Origin: Candidatus Latescibacterota bacterium
Lineage (GTDB): Bacteria; Latescibacterota; UBA2968; UBA8231
Assembly: GCA_965242865.1 (NCBI GenBank)
Contig: CBDETK010000013.1
Span: forward strand, 4,896,001-4,960,000
Reading direction: 5' to 3'
DNA length: 64,000 nt
Positions 44,921 to 55,880 of this stretch are shown one piece after another; position 1 is the first letter of the stretch, and the number at the start of each line of letters is the position of its first letter. Position numbers and translations under genes: made by a program. The notes under the pieces were generated by a model. That model ran no database searches, had not been told where the DNA came from, and worked only from the letters and a program-made list of their open reading frames with translations.

Positions 44921-46594
44921 CTATGGGTGCCTATTCTCCCCGAAAGCGGCGTTGAGGTTATCCTCCCGAATAACCACTTTCGCTGCGTATTTATTCCGCA
45001 CTTCTTCGGTAAACTGATTGAAGGCCCTTCTGTTTTTTTCTCTTTTAAGTTGGGACCGGACTCTCCACTCGGCCTCCGCAAAAGTCTCCCGCTTGCGTTC
45101 TCTAGAAAGCACCTTAAATATAGAATACCCTTCATTGACCTTGGCCGGACCAGTGAGCACTCCTATCTCGGCTTTTTCGGCGAGTTCTACAAAACCGCCG
45201 AAAAAGTTCTTTTCAAAAAGGTGGAAGTGGAATCGGCCTTCTTCATCCCGATCCTCTAGCGACCGGATAGAATACTTCTTGGCCAAGTCGCCTAATGGGG
45301 CTCCCTTTTGGAGCTGCTCCATCAACCTCAGGGCCTCGGCCTCCGTCTCCACCAGAATCTCCTGTACTTCGATCTGCTCGGGTTGCAGATACCTTGCCGC
45401 ATGGGCCTCGTAAAACTGGCGCAACTCGTTTTCAGCGATGGTCACTTTAGCTCTTAGGACTCGCGCCCTGAGGGCTCGTAACAAAAATTGCTTTGCCTGA
45501 TCTTCCAACCACTCGATCGTCTCTGCTTCCTCGTCTATGCCAGCACGCAGGGCCGCTTCCACGAGCATCGCATTGGGCACGACATGGCGCTCGGCAAAAG
45601 CGATCACTTGGCTGGAGTCGCTGAGTTGGGCTAGGGCATTGCCTTTCAGGGCGTGGCCAGCTTCTGCCAAGTCTTGAGCGGTTATTTCTCCGCCGTCGTA
45701 CCGATAGAGAACTATATTGCGTTCAGTCTCCAGGGCAAAAGATGTACCGCCACGCACTTTTTCGACAATGAGCGCGAGACCTTCCCGGTCCAATTCGAGG
45801 TGGTACTTTTCCTTGAGTTCAGCGACTAAGATCGATTGAGCCCGCTGCTTTTTCTCCTTTTTCAGTCCCATTTCGAGCGCCAGTTTCCTCTGGGGACTGA
45901 GTTCGATGGTAGAATCGGCGATGACCGTGAAAATCGAATAGCGCCCACCGATTTTTATGGGTTCGGAGATTTCGCCTACGGCGAGAGAAAACAGTTTGTC
46001 CTGAAGGGGGGTGATCATGTTTTCTCGGGTGGTATAACGGCCCAAGTCCCCACCTTGGGCCGAGGTTTCTTTGTTTATGGACCATTTCTTGGCGACTTGC
46101 CCAAAAGGCACCCCATTTTTGAGTTCTCGGAGGACGGCCAAGGCGTCTTCTCGGCTGGGGACCATTATATCGGCCAATCTGATCACTCTAGTAAGCCCCA
46201 TGTGTTCAGCGTATTCCCGCACTGTGCTCTCCTCTACTTCCTCTTCTACCTCCAGCGCTCTATCTTGGAAAATGCGGACCAACTTTTCCCGCCGGACCTC
46301 TTCCCGCCGGGCGCGAAATTCAAGGCTTTCGTCGAGATCGGCTGCCTTCGCCTCCATGATCAGCAGTTCGATATTGATCATGGTGTTCAAATGATTCTTC
46401 GCTTCTTCTACCCTAGTGGACTCCGCCTTGGCATATTCGGGGAGGTCATCTATAAATTTCCGCAACTGGTCAACCGTTATCTCCTCATCACCTATCTGAG
46501 CAACCACTCGTTCTCCTATTTCCACTGTGCAACCCATGAACACGGCAAAGAGCACGAGTGGTAAAAGACAAAATACAGTCATTTCTCTTGACAT
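44921..46594 (-). CDS. SurA/PrsA-like peptidyl-prolyl isomerase lipoprotein with two parvulin domains
   Basis: Lipobox FMGC; VAQIGDEEIT; FGQVAKKWS...GGDLG...GEISEPI; second domain QEILV...LAKKYS. Confidence 0.85.
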   Translation of the reverse strand: MSREMTVFCLLPLVLFAVFMGCTVEIGERVVAQIGDEEITVDQLRKFIDDLPEYAKAESTRVEEAKNHLNTMINIELLIMEAKAADLDESLEFRARREEVRREKLVRIFQDRALEVEEEVEESTVREYAEHMGLTRVIRLADIMVPSREDALAVLRELKNGVPFGQVAKKWSINKETSAQGGDLGRYTTRENMITPLQDKLFSLAVGEISEPIKIGGRYSIFTVIADSTIELSPQRKLALEMGLKKEKKQRAQSILVAELKEKYHLELDREGLALIVEKVRGGTSFALETERNIVLYRYDGGEITAQDLAEAGHALKGNALAQLSDSSQVIAFAERHVVPNAMLVEAALRAGIDEEAETIEWLEDQAKQFLLRALRARVLRAKVTIAENELRQFYEAHAARYLQPEQIEVQEILVETEAEALRLMEQLQKGAPLGDLAKKYSIRSLEDRDEEGRFHFHLFEKNFFGGFVELAEKAEIGVLTGPAKVNEGYSIFKVLSRERKRETFAEAEWRVRSQLKREKNRRAFNQFTEEVRNKYAAKVVIREDNLNAAFGENRHP

Positions 46595-46633
46595 TTAGCT
46601 CAGGTCTCCTCTGCATTCCTGCACACGGGTAGA

Positions 46634-49345
46634 TTAGTCCAAACCGGCAAATACCGTGGCAAAAGCCATTCTGCCTGTTTCGGTTTCGTTGTCGATGGCT
46701 CTTCGGGTCAACCTGAGTCCCATCAGGGTCGTCAGACTGTAGCCCAAGTAATTTGAATTATTGGAGAACTGGGCCGCGCCGACAATTTCACTGAAGTCGT
46801 CCAGCAGTCCTTCCTTGACCGCTGTATCCGAATCCCTGAGTTGCTGGAAAACGGTATATTCCACACCTGCCTGCATAGTGGAGTTATTAAACAATGGCCA
46901 CCGGGCCAGTAAAGAAAATATCAGGGTGTCCTCCCTGCGTTTGGGATTTGATTTAAGTGCTGGAGACTCTATCCTCAGTTCGTTTTTAATTTTGGGCTGG
47001 ATGTCGAGATTAACGAATTTGAAAATATAGTCCACCTTATTGATCAGGCCGACAAAAACGAAGTCCCGTTGCAAATCGGGCTGTCTTTCCCTTTGATGCC
47101 AGTGGTCGTATTTCAGCTTGTTGATGAGATTTAGATTCTTCAGCTTGGTATAGCTGAAGCTTATATAGGACGAATTTATCCACGTATTCCGGGCCGCCAG
47201 AGGATCAATGGTAGGGACGTTGCGCCTCTCGAATTCGTCCCACTGGCGAAGGTCATTTTCTATATTGTCCTTAGCCAGCCTGAAATTCTCAAAAATCCTC
47301 ACCCTTCCTAGGCCGGGATAGTCCTTTTCTAAGGTGAAAAGTAAATAATGGGTGGTATTTTCTCCATCACCGGCAATGAGCCTCTCGTCGGTGCGGCCGA
47401 TAGTCAACCTCATCTCTGGAGTAATGTTGACGCCCGCATAAAAATTGTACCCGCTTAAATCCCGACCATAAGGAAAGTCTGCTTCATCATCGTTTTCAAA
47501 CCGGTCTATCCATATATTGTTGTTCATATCTATGCCGAACAGATACTCGGGGCGGTCCGTAGAATAGCGCAGAAAGGGCTCGTCGTAGTCAGGCACTAAG
47601 TTGGGCAGATCTTCACTGTCGTTTTGGTTGAAATCGGAGATAAAATCGACGTTTTCATCCAAGCCGGGAAATACATTCAAGTCGATGTTTTCGTTTATCC
47701 TCTGCCAATCGGGATACCGGTCCTGATCATCGTTGTCGTCGACGAGTTCGTAGTAGAATCTCGTCCGGTCCTCGTAATCTATGTTGATCTCGCCTCGGGC
47801 CAAGATAGCACTTGTATTGTAATTGTGGTCCATACTGTAAGCCTCGCCGAAAAAGAACCACGGCTGCACGGTTCTCGACAGATTCAACATCCAGCCATCG
47901 CCTTGGTCAAAAGCCGACAGGTGTTTTGTATGCTGCCTGTTGGGGTATTTTCGATAACTCCTACTGCGGTCAAATTCGCCGTAGAAATCAAGGCCCCCAA
48001 TGTTGTTCGCCTCCAGAGTGAAACCGAAAATTTCGGTGGCGGTCGGCAAACCGTACGGGATTTTGAGGACTCTGAGATTAGAGCCGTCTTTGACGTTTTC
48101 TTGGGCTCTGGCCGCCAGCAGAAACACGTTGCTGTTTTGACGGTTAGTCTGGCTGTTCGAAGATACCTCGATTCTGTAGTCGTTGGCAACCACCAGTTCA
48201 AAAGTCACTCTTCTTATCTCCGAAGGGTCTGGGCCGGTGTACGTTCCCTCGGAAAAGTCGTATACTAGTTCGATCTGCTCAGAGCCGCTGGCTTCCCAGA
48301 AACCCAAGCGCTGAAAGCCGCCCTGAGGCGAGGGCTTGAGACCCGCCTCGCTAGCCCGGACAACCTCTCGCCTAAACGCCCGTTCCCCCTCTTCATCAAT
48401 GCTTTCGACTTCGGCTTCTATGATCATATCCCAAGCGAAGAGGGTAGCACCGCCTTCGTTGTCTTCGGGCGAATCGTCGGTCAGACGGACGAAAAGCTGG
48501 GTGATATTTTCAGCGTTTTGACTAGAAGTGATCGAACCACTCCTAGGGGTTCCTTCAAAAGCGTCCAAGAGTTGGAAGGAATTGTGGGCACTTACGTAGT
48601 TGGCCCCGATGCTGATGAAATCACCCACTTGGGCAACGGCCCGCCCGCCCATCAGCGTTGTCAAGCTGGTCGTTTGGTTGACTGCAGGATTGCGAGAACC
48701 GGCTCCGCCGGGAGAAGAGATCCGCGAGAGGATCGTAGTGATCTGGTATTTGTCGGCTTGGTAGTCCACTTGGATCCCGTCCAAGGCCGGCTTTGAGAAG
48801 GTCATTGGAGTAAGGGTCGAGCGGATCTCGTTACCTATGGTGATGGCTAAGTTATGCTGCCCCTTCTGATCAGAGGCAATGACCAAATTGCTGAAAAAGT
48901 TTTGGAATCTCTCGGTCTTAAATAAGTTACTGCCCCCTTGCTGGGGCTGCGTTTGGGACCAGTCGTAGACCAACCATCCCCTAGTGATATAGGAACCGTA
49001 AATATCGTAAAAATAATCCCCGGCTAAATTGATATCCACATAGCGATTGTAGTGGTCCCTGGCGTAGTTGGTGTATTCCCACTGTTTCCAGCGGTATTCT
49101 AGGAAAAGTTCTTGCGGTACGTACCACTTTTTGACCGCCGGATCCAAGGCACCGAACAGCACACCGGACCCGGTTGGCTCAAAGGTGAGTTCGGCCCCTC
49201 GGCGCATGCCTTTTATACGCATCGGATCGACGTCTTGGGCTTGTGCGTCGGTGTCGAAAGCTAACATGGAAGAGAGAAGGGAACAAACTATGGTCGCTAG
49301 ACTAATACCGCGCATTAAAGTGCTGTAAGTATGGTAGGTCAGCAT
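46634..49345 (-). CDS. Large acidic putative outer-membrane protein, paralog of 17524-20160
   Basis: Signal peptide; shared motifs KWY.PQ, GWLVYDW, TLTP.TFSKP, DDSPED.EGGA, NVKDGSN, VDDNDDQD..PDW, PDY.EPFLR, YLGY.LTT. Confidence 0.78.
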   Translation of the reverse strand: MLTYHTYSTLMRGISLATIVCSLLSSMLAFDTDAQAQDVDPMRIKGMRRGAELTFEPTGSGVLFGALDPAVKKWYVPQELFLEYRWKQWEYTNYARDHYNRYVDINLAGDYFYDIYGSYITRGWLVYDWSQTQPQQGGSNLFKTERFQNFFSNLVIASDQKGQHNLAITIGNEIRSTLTPMTFSKPALDGIQVDYQADKYQITTILSRISSPGGAGSRNPAVNQTTSLTTLMGGRAVAQVGDFISIGANYVSAHNSFQLLDAFEGTPRSGSITSSQNAENITQLFVRLTDDSPEDNEGGATLFAWDMIIEAEVESIDEEGERAFRREVVRASEAGLKPSPQGGFQRLGFWEASGSEQIELVYDFSEGTYTGPDPSEIRRVTFELVVANDYRIEVSSNSQTNRQNSNVFLLAARAQENVKDGSNLRVLKIPYGLPTATEIFGFTLEANNIGGLDFYGEFDRSRSYRKYPNRQHTKHLSAFDQGDGWMLNLSRTVQPWFFFGEAYSMDHNYNTSAILARGEINIDYEDRTRFYYELVDDNDDQDRYPDWQRINENIDLNVFPGLDENVDFISDFNQNDSEDLPNLVPDYDEPFLRYSTDRPEYLFGIDMNNNIWIDRFENDDEADFPYGRDLSGYNFYAGVNITPEMRLTIGRTDERLIAGDGENTTHYLLFTLEKDYPGLGRVRIFENFRLAKDNIENDLRQWDEFERRNVPTIDPLAARNTWINSSYISFSYTKLKNLNLINKLKYDHWHQRERQPDLQRDFVFVGLINKVDYIFKFVNLDIQPKIKNELRIESPALKSNPKRREDTLIFSLLARWPLFNNSTMQAGVEYTVFQQLRDSDTAVKEGLLDDFSEIVGAAQFSNNSNYLGYSLTTLMGLRLTRRAIDNETETGRMAFATVFAGLD

Positions 49346-49383
49346 GAGAGTTCCACCCTAGCTTTCAGGTAAAATGGGAATAA

Positions 49384-51147
49384 TCAATAGACTATTGGGA
49401 CAAGTCTCGTCTTGCTCTCAGATCCTGAGTCTGCATCAATTTCCACTCGCACCAAATAGATTCCGGGCAGCACTTTGGCACCGCTCCCGTCCGTTCCATC
49501 CCAAGCCCTTTGGTATCTCTTACTGGAACCCAACCCTGAATAGATCGCCTTTACACGCCTTCCAGAAAGATCGTATATATCCACCGAAACGAAGGCACCA
49601 CCTGTCAGGTTGACGATGTCGTAGGTCACCAAAACTTCATCATTTAGGCCATCGCCGTTGGGAGTAAAAGGGACGGGAGTCACTTTCATGGAATGAATGA
49701 GGTCTTTGCCCACCGAGATCTCGACCGAAAGGTCATCCCCCTGCGCCTCAAAATCAGAGGCTGCATCTCCCTCGGTGACTACTTGGGGCAGGTTGTCCGG
49801 TTTTTGGCTATCGGAGACTCTACCGGCAAAAAAAGTGTTGTACTGCAAAGCCACGTTCTCAAAGACCACTCGCAAGGTGCGGTTCCCCACAATCCGGGGG
49901 AAGCTAATTTGGCCCCCGTCTTCTGTATCCACCTTTTCCCATCCGACATCGAGCCCGTCTATTTGCACAGATCGCACTATGTCTACCGGTGCCATAGTCT
50001 TTATTTCGAGACGGTTAAATCCTCGGCTGTTGACGGTTCTCACGGCATAGGTAAAGGGGGTATTCTGCCCAATCAGAGCACGTTGGGGCCATATCTCGCC
50101 CACCAGCGAGTCGGCTAGGGAAGGAGATACCTCAAAGGCGAGGGAATCAACGGTCGCCGCTGCTAGGATATCGCTGGTCTTGAGGAGTAAACGGAACTGA
50201 AAAAAACGACGCGGGGCTGGTGATTCAATAGCCGTATGCACTCCGGCAGGATAGGGAGAGGACCAAGTGCTCCAAGACAGCGAATCGCTGGGATCCGGTG
50301 TGTTGCCGCTCCGAGTCGATAGGATAGCATCTGTTTTCGTGGGTTCGCCGATGCTACTCCTAGCCCATGTTATGTCGCCAAAGATAGCGGGCTGTTCTCG
50401 ATCAAATACTTTTGAGATATACGATGCAGAAGAGGCAAAACCTGCACCAAAGACTTGAAATTCGTCGATCTCCCATTCCCCGCGTACCAGTTGTTTCACC
50501 TCTATGAAACGAACAAACTGTAAGGGGATGTCTAGGTCAATGGTCGGCTTGAGGTTGCGTTCCTCGGTCTTAAAAACCTTGAAATCCGGCGTCCCGGCTA
50601 GGGTTTTCTGCTCCTCGCTGCCGTCGTTCAGCAGCAATTCATAGCCTTTTAGGAAAAACTCTTCAAATCCCTTGCGCGGGAAAAACTTGATCCGATTGAC
50701 CCCGAAGCGCTCACCCAAATCTATCCTGAATATAACGCCTGTAGGAGAACCGCCCTTTACTTCAAAGGCCTTGGTTGTATCGCCGCTGACCATATGCGCC
50801 AATTGTTTATTCAAAAGACTCTGAGATGTTTCAAGCACTATTCTCGCGTTGGGCGATGTTACGGCCCCTCCTCTTTCAAATATTTTTAGGACGATATTGT
50901 CTTCGGGGCCTGTCTGAGCCGGCTGAATTTGGCCGGGATTGGCGTCAAAATCGATAACCGATATCTCGGAATAATGGCCATCCCACGCTAGGGTCCCTGG
51001 ACCGCCGCCAATGACGATCTTCGCCCCATAGCCTTGGGTCGGTACAAGTCCCTGCAATAGACAAGAGAACGCTAATAGCACTGTCTTGACTAACGGTGGC
51101 TTGTTAAACCTGTTCCTCTCGGCTCGTAGAAGATCAATAGGAGACAT
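49384..51147 (-). CDS. Secreted discoidin-like protein with C-terminal FlgD-Ig (FTPNGDGLND) domain
   Basis: IDLGERFGVNRIKFFP...DEFQVFGAG; WSTWS...SPAPRRFFQ; FTPNGDGLND...IYDLSGRRV...WDGTD..G..V.PGIY; start uncertain. Confidence 0.8.
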   Translation of the reverse strand: MSPIDLLRAERNRFNKPPLVKTVLLAFSCLLQGLVPTQGYGAKIVIGGGPGTLAWDGHYSEISVIDFDANPGQIQPAQTGPEDNIVLKIFERGGAVTSPNARIVLETSQSLLNKQLAHMVSGDTTKAFEVKGGSPTGVIFRIDLGERFGVNRIKFFPRKGFEEFFLKGYELLLNDGSEEQKTLAGTPDFKVFKTEERNLKPTIDLDIPLQFVRFIEVKQLVRGEWEIDEFQVFGAGFASSASYISKVFDREQPAIFGDITWARSSIGEPTKTDAILSTRSGNTPDPSDSLSWSTWSSPYPAGVHTAIESPAPRRFFQFRLLLKTSDILAAATVDSLAFEVSPSLADSLVGEIWPQRALIGQNTPFTYAVRTVNSRGFNRLEIKTMAPVDIVRSVQIDGLDVGWEKVDTEDGGQISFPRIVGNRTLRVVFENVALQYNTFFAGRVSDSQKPDNLPQVVTEGDAASDFEAQGDDLSVEISVGKDLIHSMKVTPVPFTPNGDGLNDEVLVTYDIVNLTGGAFVSVDIYDLSGRRVKAIYSGLGSSKRYQRAWDGTDGSGAKVLPGIYLVRVEIDADSGSESKTRLVPIVY

Positions 51148-53806
51148 GTACTAAGCGATAGTCCGAGGTATTTCTACTCGATTTTGAATCGACCTTAATG
51201 TCGATCCTCAGCACATATATGCCAGGGGCCACCAAAGCCCCGGATCTATCGACTCCGGTCCAGACCACGGAATGCCGTCCCGTGGTTATGTACTCGTCGC
51301 GCAGTTGGTGAACAAGACGCCCACCTAGATCGTATATTTTTACCTGTAACGGCGTTGATGCCTTCACCCGCATGAGTGAAAAACTCACAGTCATATCATC
51401 GTTGATGCCATCGCCGTTGGGGGTGAAGATCTCATTTTGGACTTCGATATCTCCCAGTACCACTCCTCTTTCAAGGGCTAAGATCACGGTTTTTTCGCTG
51501 TCCGTGGTCTCGTTCGCATCGCCTGGGTCCACTCTTTGCCACGAATTGGGTATGGAAGAATGGCCGATAGACCCATTGAAGAACGTGGTAAAATCGAATG
51601 TGGTCGCCTCAAACTGAATTTCGATCAACGCGGCCCCGCCGGTCGTCTTTATGGGAGTGGGCAGGCGCACCCAAAGCGAATCGGAACCACCGGCTACGAC
51701 CTCAAAGCCCTCGCTCTGGGCGGTATAGGTTTGAGGCGGCTGCCCTGTGAGGTCCACGTGGGCTTGCTTGAATTTCATTTTGACGCCGGAGGGAGCTTCA
51801 ATGAGAATTTCGTCAAATCCTTCGTTGGCCGCCTCAAAGGTCGTGCGGATGAAATAGGAAAACGATTGCTCAGTGCCAATCACCTCGAGTTGAGCGGGCA
51901 GCACCTCGCCAATAACTGTTTTGGCGATGGGCGTTACAAAATTGAGTTTCACCCAACGCAGTGTAGCCGCTACGAGAGGATTTTCCGTGATAAAGGTCGC
52001 TTGGATGGCGACGAACTTCCGCGGACTAGGCGAGGTGATTTTGTCTCCCGAATTGAAATAGCGTTGACTCCAACTGCTCCAATCGCTGCCCGGGTTGGTC
52101 TGGGTAACGACGGGTCCAACAGAGGCATCCCCAAAGAATTTTTTGTCCGTAGCGTACGCTTCCGCTGCTTCTTCTTCGGAGCCCGGAAACAACTCACCGT
52201 TCTTTTTATAGTAGAGCGTAGTGGTTTTGACCGTATTGCCGGTGCGGGTCTGGAGAATAATATCCGTACCCGGTGGTATATCCGCATCCCACTCAATAGA
52301 CGCCAAATTTTGGGGAGTGGCCCCCAATTCTATGAACGCCGAAGGCCCGTCAAAGACCGATTCGATCCGGGCCTCGGGCATGTACCCCTCACCGAAAAAC
52401 TGAATCTCTGACAAGCCGTGGCGTCCGGCCCTTACATGGAGCTTATAGGTAAAAGAAAAATGCTTGACCTTGGTGAGTGGGAACTTAAAATCGTGGTACG
52501 ATTCACCAGAGTTGATCTGGTCGAGCGACCCTACTGTTTTCCAAGCCAGACTCCCGCCGGCATTGGTGGAGCCATCTGAGACTTCAATGCGGTAGGCGCG
52601 GAAAGGCCCAGGGGGGTTACTACTGGCTTGGAGCACGCGGATATTGTCCAAGAAGAAGGCCCCTCCCAGATCCGCCACTAACGCACGCTCGACATCGGGC
52701 GGCTGCGAAGGCAGCAGCCTATCGGGATTGTACCCCCCTTGAGCGGGCCAGTACAATGCCTTCTCTACACTATATATTACTCCGTCTACCACCACCCCCT
52801 CAGCCCCGTTGTTTTCCCAACTCGTCACTTTGCCACCCCGCTCCAGTACGCCAATGCCGATATTGTCGCCGATCGACCAGACTTCCACTTCCGCCAATCG
52901 AGGCAACTCGCGGCGGTAGTAGACGACAGGACCTTGACTGTCCGTGCTAGCCAAGGTCTCCCAATCTTCGCGTCCTTCCAACAATCGCGTCCTTCCCGAG
53001 GCTTCCCGACGGAAGTATTCTATGTCGCCCTGTTGCTCGGGGTCAAGGGCCTCGTAATCGGACTGGGAAACTTGTCTTGCCTTGCCAAAATCGCTGTCTG
53101 TGACGCCGACAGAGACGAATCTGATTACATCGCCGGTAAAATCGCCGCGCACCTGTGTCCATTTGGTGGGCAACTGGTTGGTCAAATCGACTTCAAAGAC
53201 CCGTTCATTCTTGATGGGCTTGTTCGTTGAGAAGCGTTTCCTGTACACCAGCGGTCCGATGATCGTCTCTCCTTGAGAGGTGAGGACCTTGAATTGGAGA
53301 AAGGGGTCTCCCAAATCCTCCCCGACAAACTTGAGAACGATCTTATGGGCCGATACGGCTCGCCCTAAATCGATTTGTACCCACCAATCCCTAAGAGGGG
53401 TGGAAGTGTCCGGCTCCCAGTAGGTGTCCATCCTGTTGTCCATGAGGTTTTCTGCGCTCAAGCGGTTGGAGCCGGCATCCCATATCCCACCGCCGAACTC
53501 CGAGGCATTCAAAACCGCGTTAATGCCGGGGACTATCTTTTCGACACCATCTATTTCGAGCCTCGTGTTCTTGCGTATAAAGGCCGGTTTCACACCATCC
53601 TCGGTGATCTGGATGGTCCTTGCCACCGACTGCCAACGAGCCCAGTGATCCTCGGACTCGATGATAGCTACGCCATCTTGGATAGAAAAACCCTCTTGCC
53701 CCCAAGCGACTTCACCTAAGATCATCCTACCCAAAATACAGGCCAAGCTAGTGCTCACCAGCTTGAATGTTCTCTGCCAGGCCATGGCATTGGGGCTCCC
53801 ACGCAT
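51134..53806 (-). CDS. Secreted double-discoidin-like protein with C-terminal FlgD-Ig (FTPNGDGIND) domain
   Basis: YWEPD...WWVQIDLGRAV plus a second ADLGG domain; SPSPRKF; FTPNGDGIND; closest counterpart of 15153-17510. Confidence 0.8.
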   Translation of the reverse strand: MRGSPNAMAWQRTFKLVSTSLACILGRMILGEVAWGQEGFSIQDGVAIIESEDHWARWQSVARTIQITEDGVKPAFIRKNTRLEIDGVEKIVPGINAVLNASEFGGGIWDAGSNRLSAENLMDNRMDTYWEPDTSTPLRDWWVQIDLGRAVSAHKIVLKFVGEDLGDPFLQFKVLTSQGETIIGPLVYRKRFSTNKPIKNERVFEVDLTNQLPTKWTQVRGDFTGDVIRFVSVGVTDSDFGKARQVSQSDYEALDPEQQGDIEYFRREASGRTRLLEGREDWETLASTDSQGPVVYYRRELPRLAEVEVWSIGDNIGIGVLERGGKVTSWENNGAEGVVVDGVIYSVEKALYWPAQGGYNPDRLLPSQPPDVERALVADLGGAFFLDNIRVLQASSNPPGPFRAYRIEVSDGSTNAGGSLAWKTVGSLDQINSGESYHDFKFPLTKVKHFSFTYKLHVRAGRHGLSEIQFFGEGYMPEARIESVFDGPSAFIELGATPQNLASIEWDADIPPGTDIILQTRTGNTVKTTTLYYKKNGELFPGSEEEAAEAYATDKKFFGDASVGPVVTQTNPGSDWSSWSQRYFNSGDKITSPSPRKFVAIQATFITENPLVAATLRWVKLNFVTPIAKTVIGEVLPAQLEVIGTEQSFSYFIRTTFEAANEGFDEILIEAPSGVKMKFKQAHVDLTGQPPQTYTAQSEGFEVVAGGSDSLWVRLPTPIKTTGGAALIEIQFEATTFDFTTFFNGSIGHSSIPNSWQRVDPGDANETTDSEKTVILALERGVVLGDIEVQNEIFTPNGDGINDDMTVSFSLMRVKASTPLQVKIYDLGGRLVHQLRDEYITTGRHSVVWTGVDRSGALVAPGIYVLRIDIKVDSKSSRNTSDYRLVHVSY

Positions 53807-53831
53807 TTACTCATCTGGGGGCGATTAAAAA

Positions 53832-55802
53832 TCAATAGACCACGGCGATAACGCCGCTCTTGATGCCCTCTTCCGCTTGGATGTCTACCGCTATTCGATA
53901 TAAATAGAGTCCTGGGGGGACCAGCCGGTTGGAGCGGTCTGTTCCATCCCAAGGGTGGGAATACTCTCCGATGGAGATGCCCCCGGCGTATATTTGCTTG
54001 ACTAGCCGGCCGGACAAGTCGAAGATTTCCACGGAGACGGGAACCTGAGATGTCACCCGCAAGAGCTTGTAGGAGATATGCACCACGTCATTGGTGGCAT
54101 CGCCGTTGGGCGTAAAGGGATTGGGCTCAATTTGCGGTGTAGATACCAGTGAACTAATCAGCGCTGTTTTCACCGAAATTCCGTCGCTCTCAATCTCGTC
54201 GTCGGCGTTGCCCGGGTTGATGCGTTGGCGCACCTCGTTTGGCTCGGCTCTGTTGAACACCTTACCAGTAAACAGCGTACCCACTTCCCGCAGTACCGGA
54301 GCATTGAACACCACCTCGATCAGGGCCCCGCTGTCGGTTGGTTCTAGTTTGCGCGGAAAGTCGATCTCAAAGCCCAAGCCATCCGCCGTTTTCGCCCAGA
54401 AAAAATTGTCGTAATTGATCCCGTCTATGCGCAGCGAATCGACCGAAACCACCCCCGAGGGCGTGGAGATTTCTACGCCGTCAAAACCCCTGTCGCTAGC
54501 CCGGATGGTCGGGCGAATAAAATAGGTGAATTGCGTCACCTGCCCCACTTGGGTGTCCACCGGGAAAATTTCCCCCACCAAGCTATGTACGGCCGGTGGC
54601 ACGGAGGCCTTGAACTCGACATAATCAATTTTGCCTCCATCCTCGACAGTAGAAAAAAAGTCCACTTTGAGCTGGAAGAATTGGCGAGGACTAGGGGAGA
54701 CGATGCTGGTCCCCGAGTTTTTGAACAGATAGGGACTGGACCAGAAACTCCAGTTTTCTGTATCGGGGCTCACTCTATCTCGGGGTTCTACCGGTTTGAG
54801 AACGTCGAGCAGCTTGCGGTATCGGCTCTTGTATTCGCTCAGGGTCAAGTCGCCCCCGCCATCGAGGAATTGAACGCTGTCTTGCTGCTCGGGCCGCAAC
54901 TGCCAGAAAATATCGGGATGTGGGTCTGCGCCCGTCCGGGTGCGGATATTGATCTGGGCGTCCATATCCTGTCGGCCCGACCAGCGGATCTCGCCCCAAC
55001 TGGCCAGATCGCCCAATTCGATTATTTCGGATTCATACGAGGCTCGCCCCAAGAAACCACCTCCGTAGAGTTCAAAATCGGCAAGCCCTATCTCCTTGGG
55101 GGTTTCGCGAAAAATCAGCAATTGGATCGTTTGGGTTGATATGGGAGGATCTAAAATCACGCTAACTTCGGGTTCGGTGTTTTCCTTTACTTCTGCTATG
55201 GTGGGGAAATTGGGAATGTTTTGAGCGATGTTGACTAGTCTATCATCGAAGGCACCAATGGATATCCGCTCCAGAAAGTGTTCTGGCTTTTCCACCAGAG
55301 GGCGAAATCTCACCTCTCGGATGAGAAATCGACCGCCTAAATCAAAAGTCACTTGTTCATTGATCAGCCGCCGGCCCTGCGGGCCAGCAGTGCCCACGTG
55401 GAAGCTCTCTGGAGCTATAGCTGGCCACGTAAGGGCCGTAGTCGGATCTGCATCGATCATCGCCTGTCCGATCAGCTTATTTTGATTGGCAAAAAGCTTT
55501 ACCCGCACCCAGCCGTCTCGGCTCAAGAGGGTTGCGGCGATGTCCTCGTCCTCAGTAAAAAAATTGGGTTGTAGTGAACCCGCCTGCAAAGAGTCCAACT
55601 CGAGGGCATCCTGCAGTTGAGAGGCTGTCCAGTCAATTTCCCTGAAATCGATGCCGAGGCTTTCAAGGCTGTCCTTTTCCGCTGTTGAAAAGGGTGCGCC
55701 AATCCTATAGATGATCACGCTAGAGGCATTTGGGGGCCAGAGGGCGACGCCGAGCAAAGCGAGTAGGAGCAAGCCTGTGGACTTCGATGGGAGCATGCTC
55801 AT
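53832..55802 (-). CDS. Secreted discoidin-like protein with C-terminal FlgD-Ig (FTPNGDATND) domain
   Basis: Signal peptide; FDLGGRFLIREVRFRP...ADFELYGGG; WSFWS...SPSPRQFFQ; PNPFTPNGDATND...WDGTD; start 55802 or 55796. Confidence 0.8.
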   Translation of the reverse strand: MSMLPSKSTGLLLLALLGVALWPPNASSVIIYRIGAPFSTAEKDSLESLGIDFREIDWTASQLQDALELDSLQAGSLQPNFFTEDEDIAATLLSRDGWVRVKLFANQNKLIGQAMIDADPTTALTWPAIAPESFHVGTAGPQGRRLINEQVTFDLGGRFLIREVRFRPLVEKPEHFLERISIGAFDDRLVNIAQNIPNFPTIAEVKENTEPEVSVILDPPISTQTIQLLIFRETPKEIGLADFELYGGGFLGRASYESEIIELGDLASWGEIRWSGRQDMDAQINIRTRTGADPHPDIFWQLRPEQQDSVQFLDGGGDLTLSEYKSRYRKLLDVLKPVEPRDRVSPDTENWSFWSSPYLFKNSGTSIVSPSPRQFFQLKVDFFSTVEDGGKIDYVEFKASVPPAVHSLVGEIFPVDTQVGQVTQFTYFIRPTIRASDRGFDGVEISTPSGVVSVDSLRIDGINYDNFFWAKTADGLGFEIDFPRKLEPTDSGALIEVVFNAPVLREVGTLFTGKVFNRAEPNEVRQRINPGNADDEIESDGISVKTALISSLVSTPQIEPNPFTPNGDATNDVVHISYKLLRVTSQVPVSVEIFDLSGRLVKQIYAGGISIGEYSHPWDGTDRSNRLVPPGLYLYRIAVDIQAEEGIKSGVIAVVY

Positions 55803-55816
55803 CCTTTGGCGAAAGT

Positions 55817-55850
55817 AAAAATAAAAAGGGGGGCGATAACCTTGCCCCCC
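55817..55850 (-). terminator. Intrinsic terminator/attenuator after the SWGNIK-tail gene
   Basis: On the minus strand: GGGGGGC-AAGGTTATC-GCCCCCC followed by TTTTTATTTTT. Confidence 0.78.
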
Positions 55851-55880
55851 CAATTACCAATCTTGCCCTAATTGTTCTAC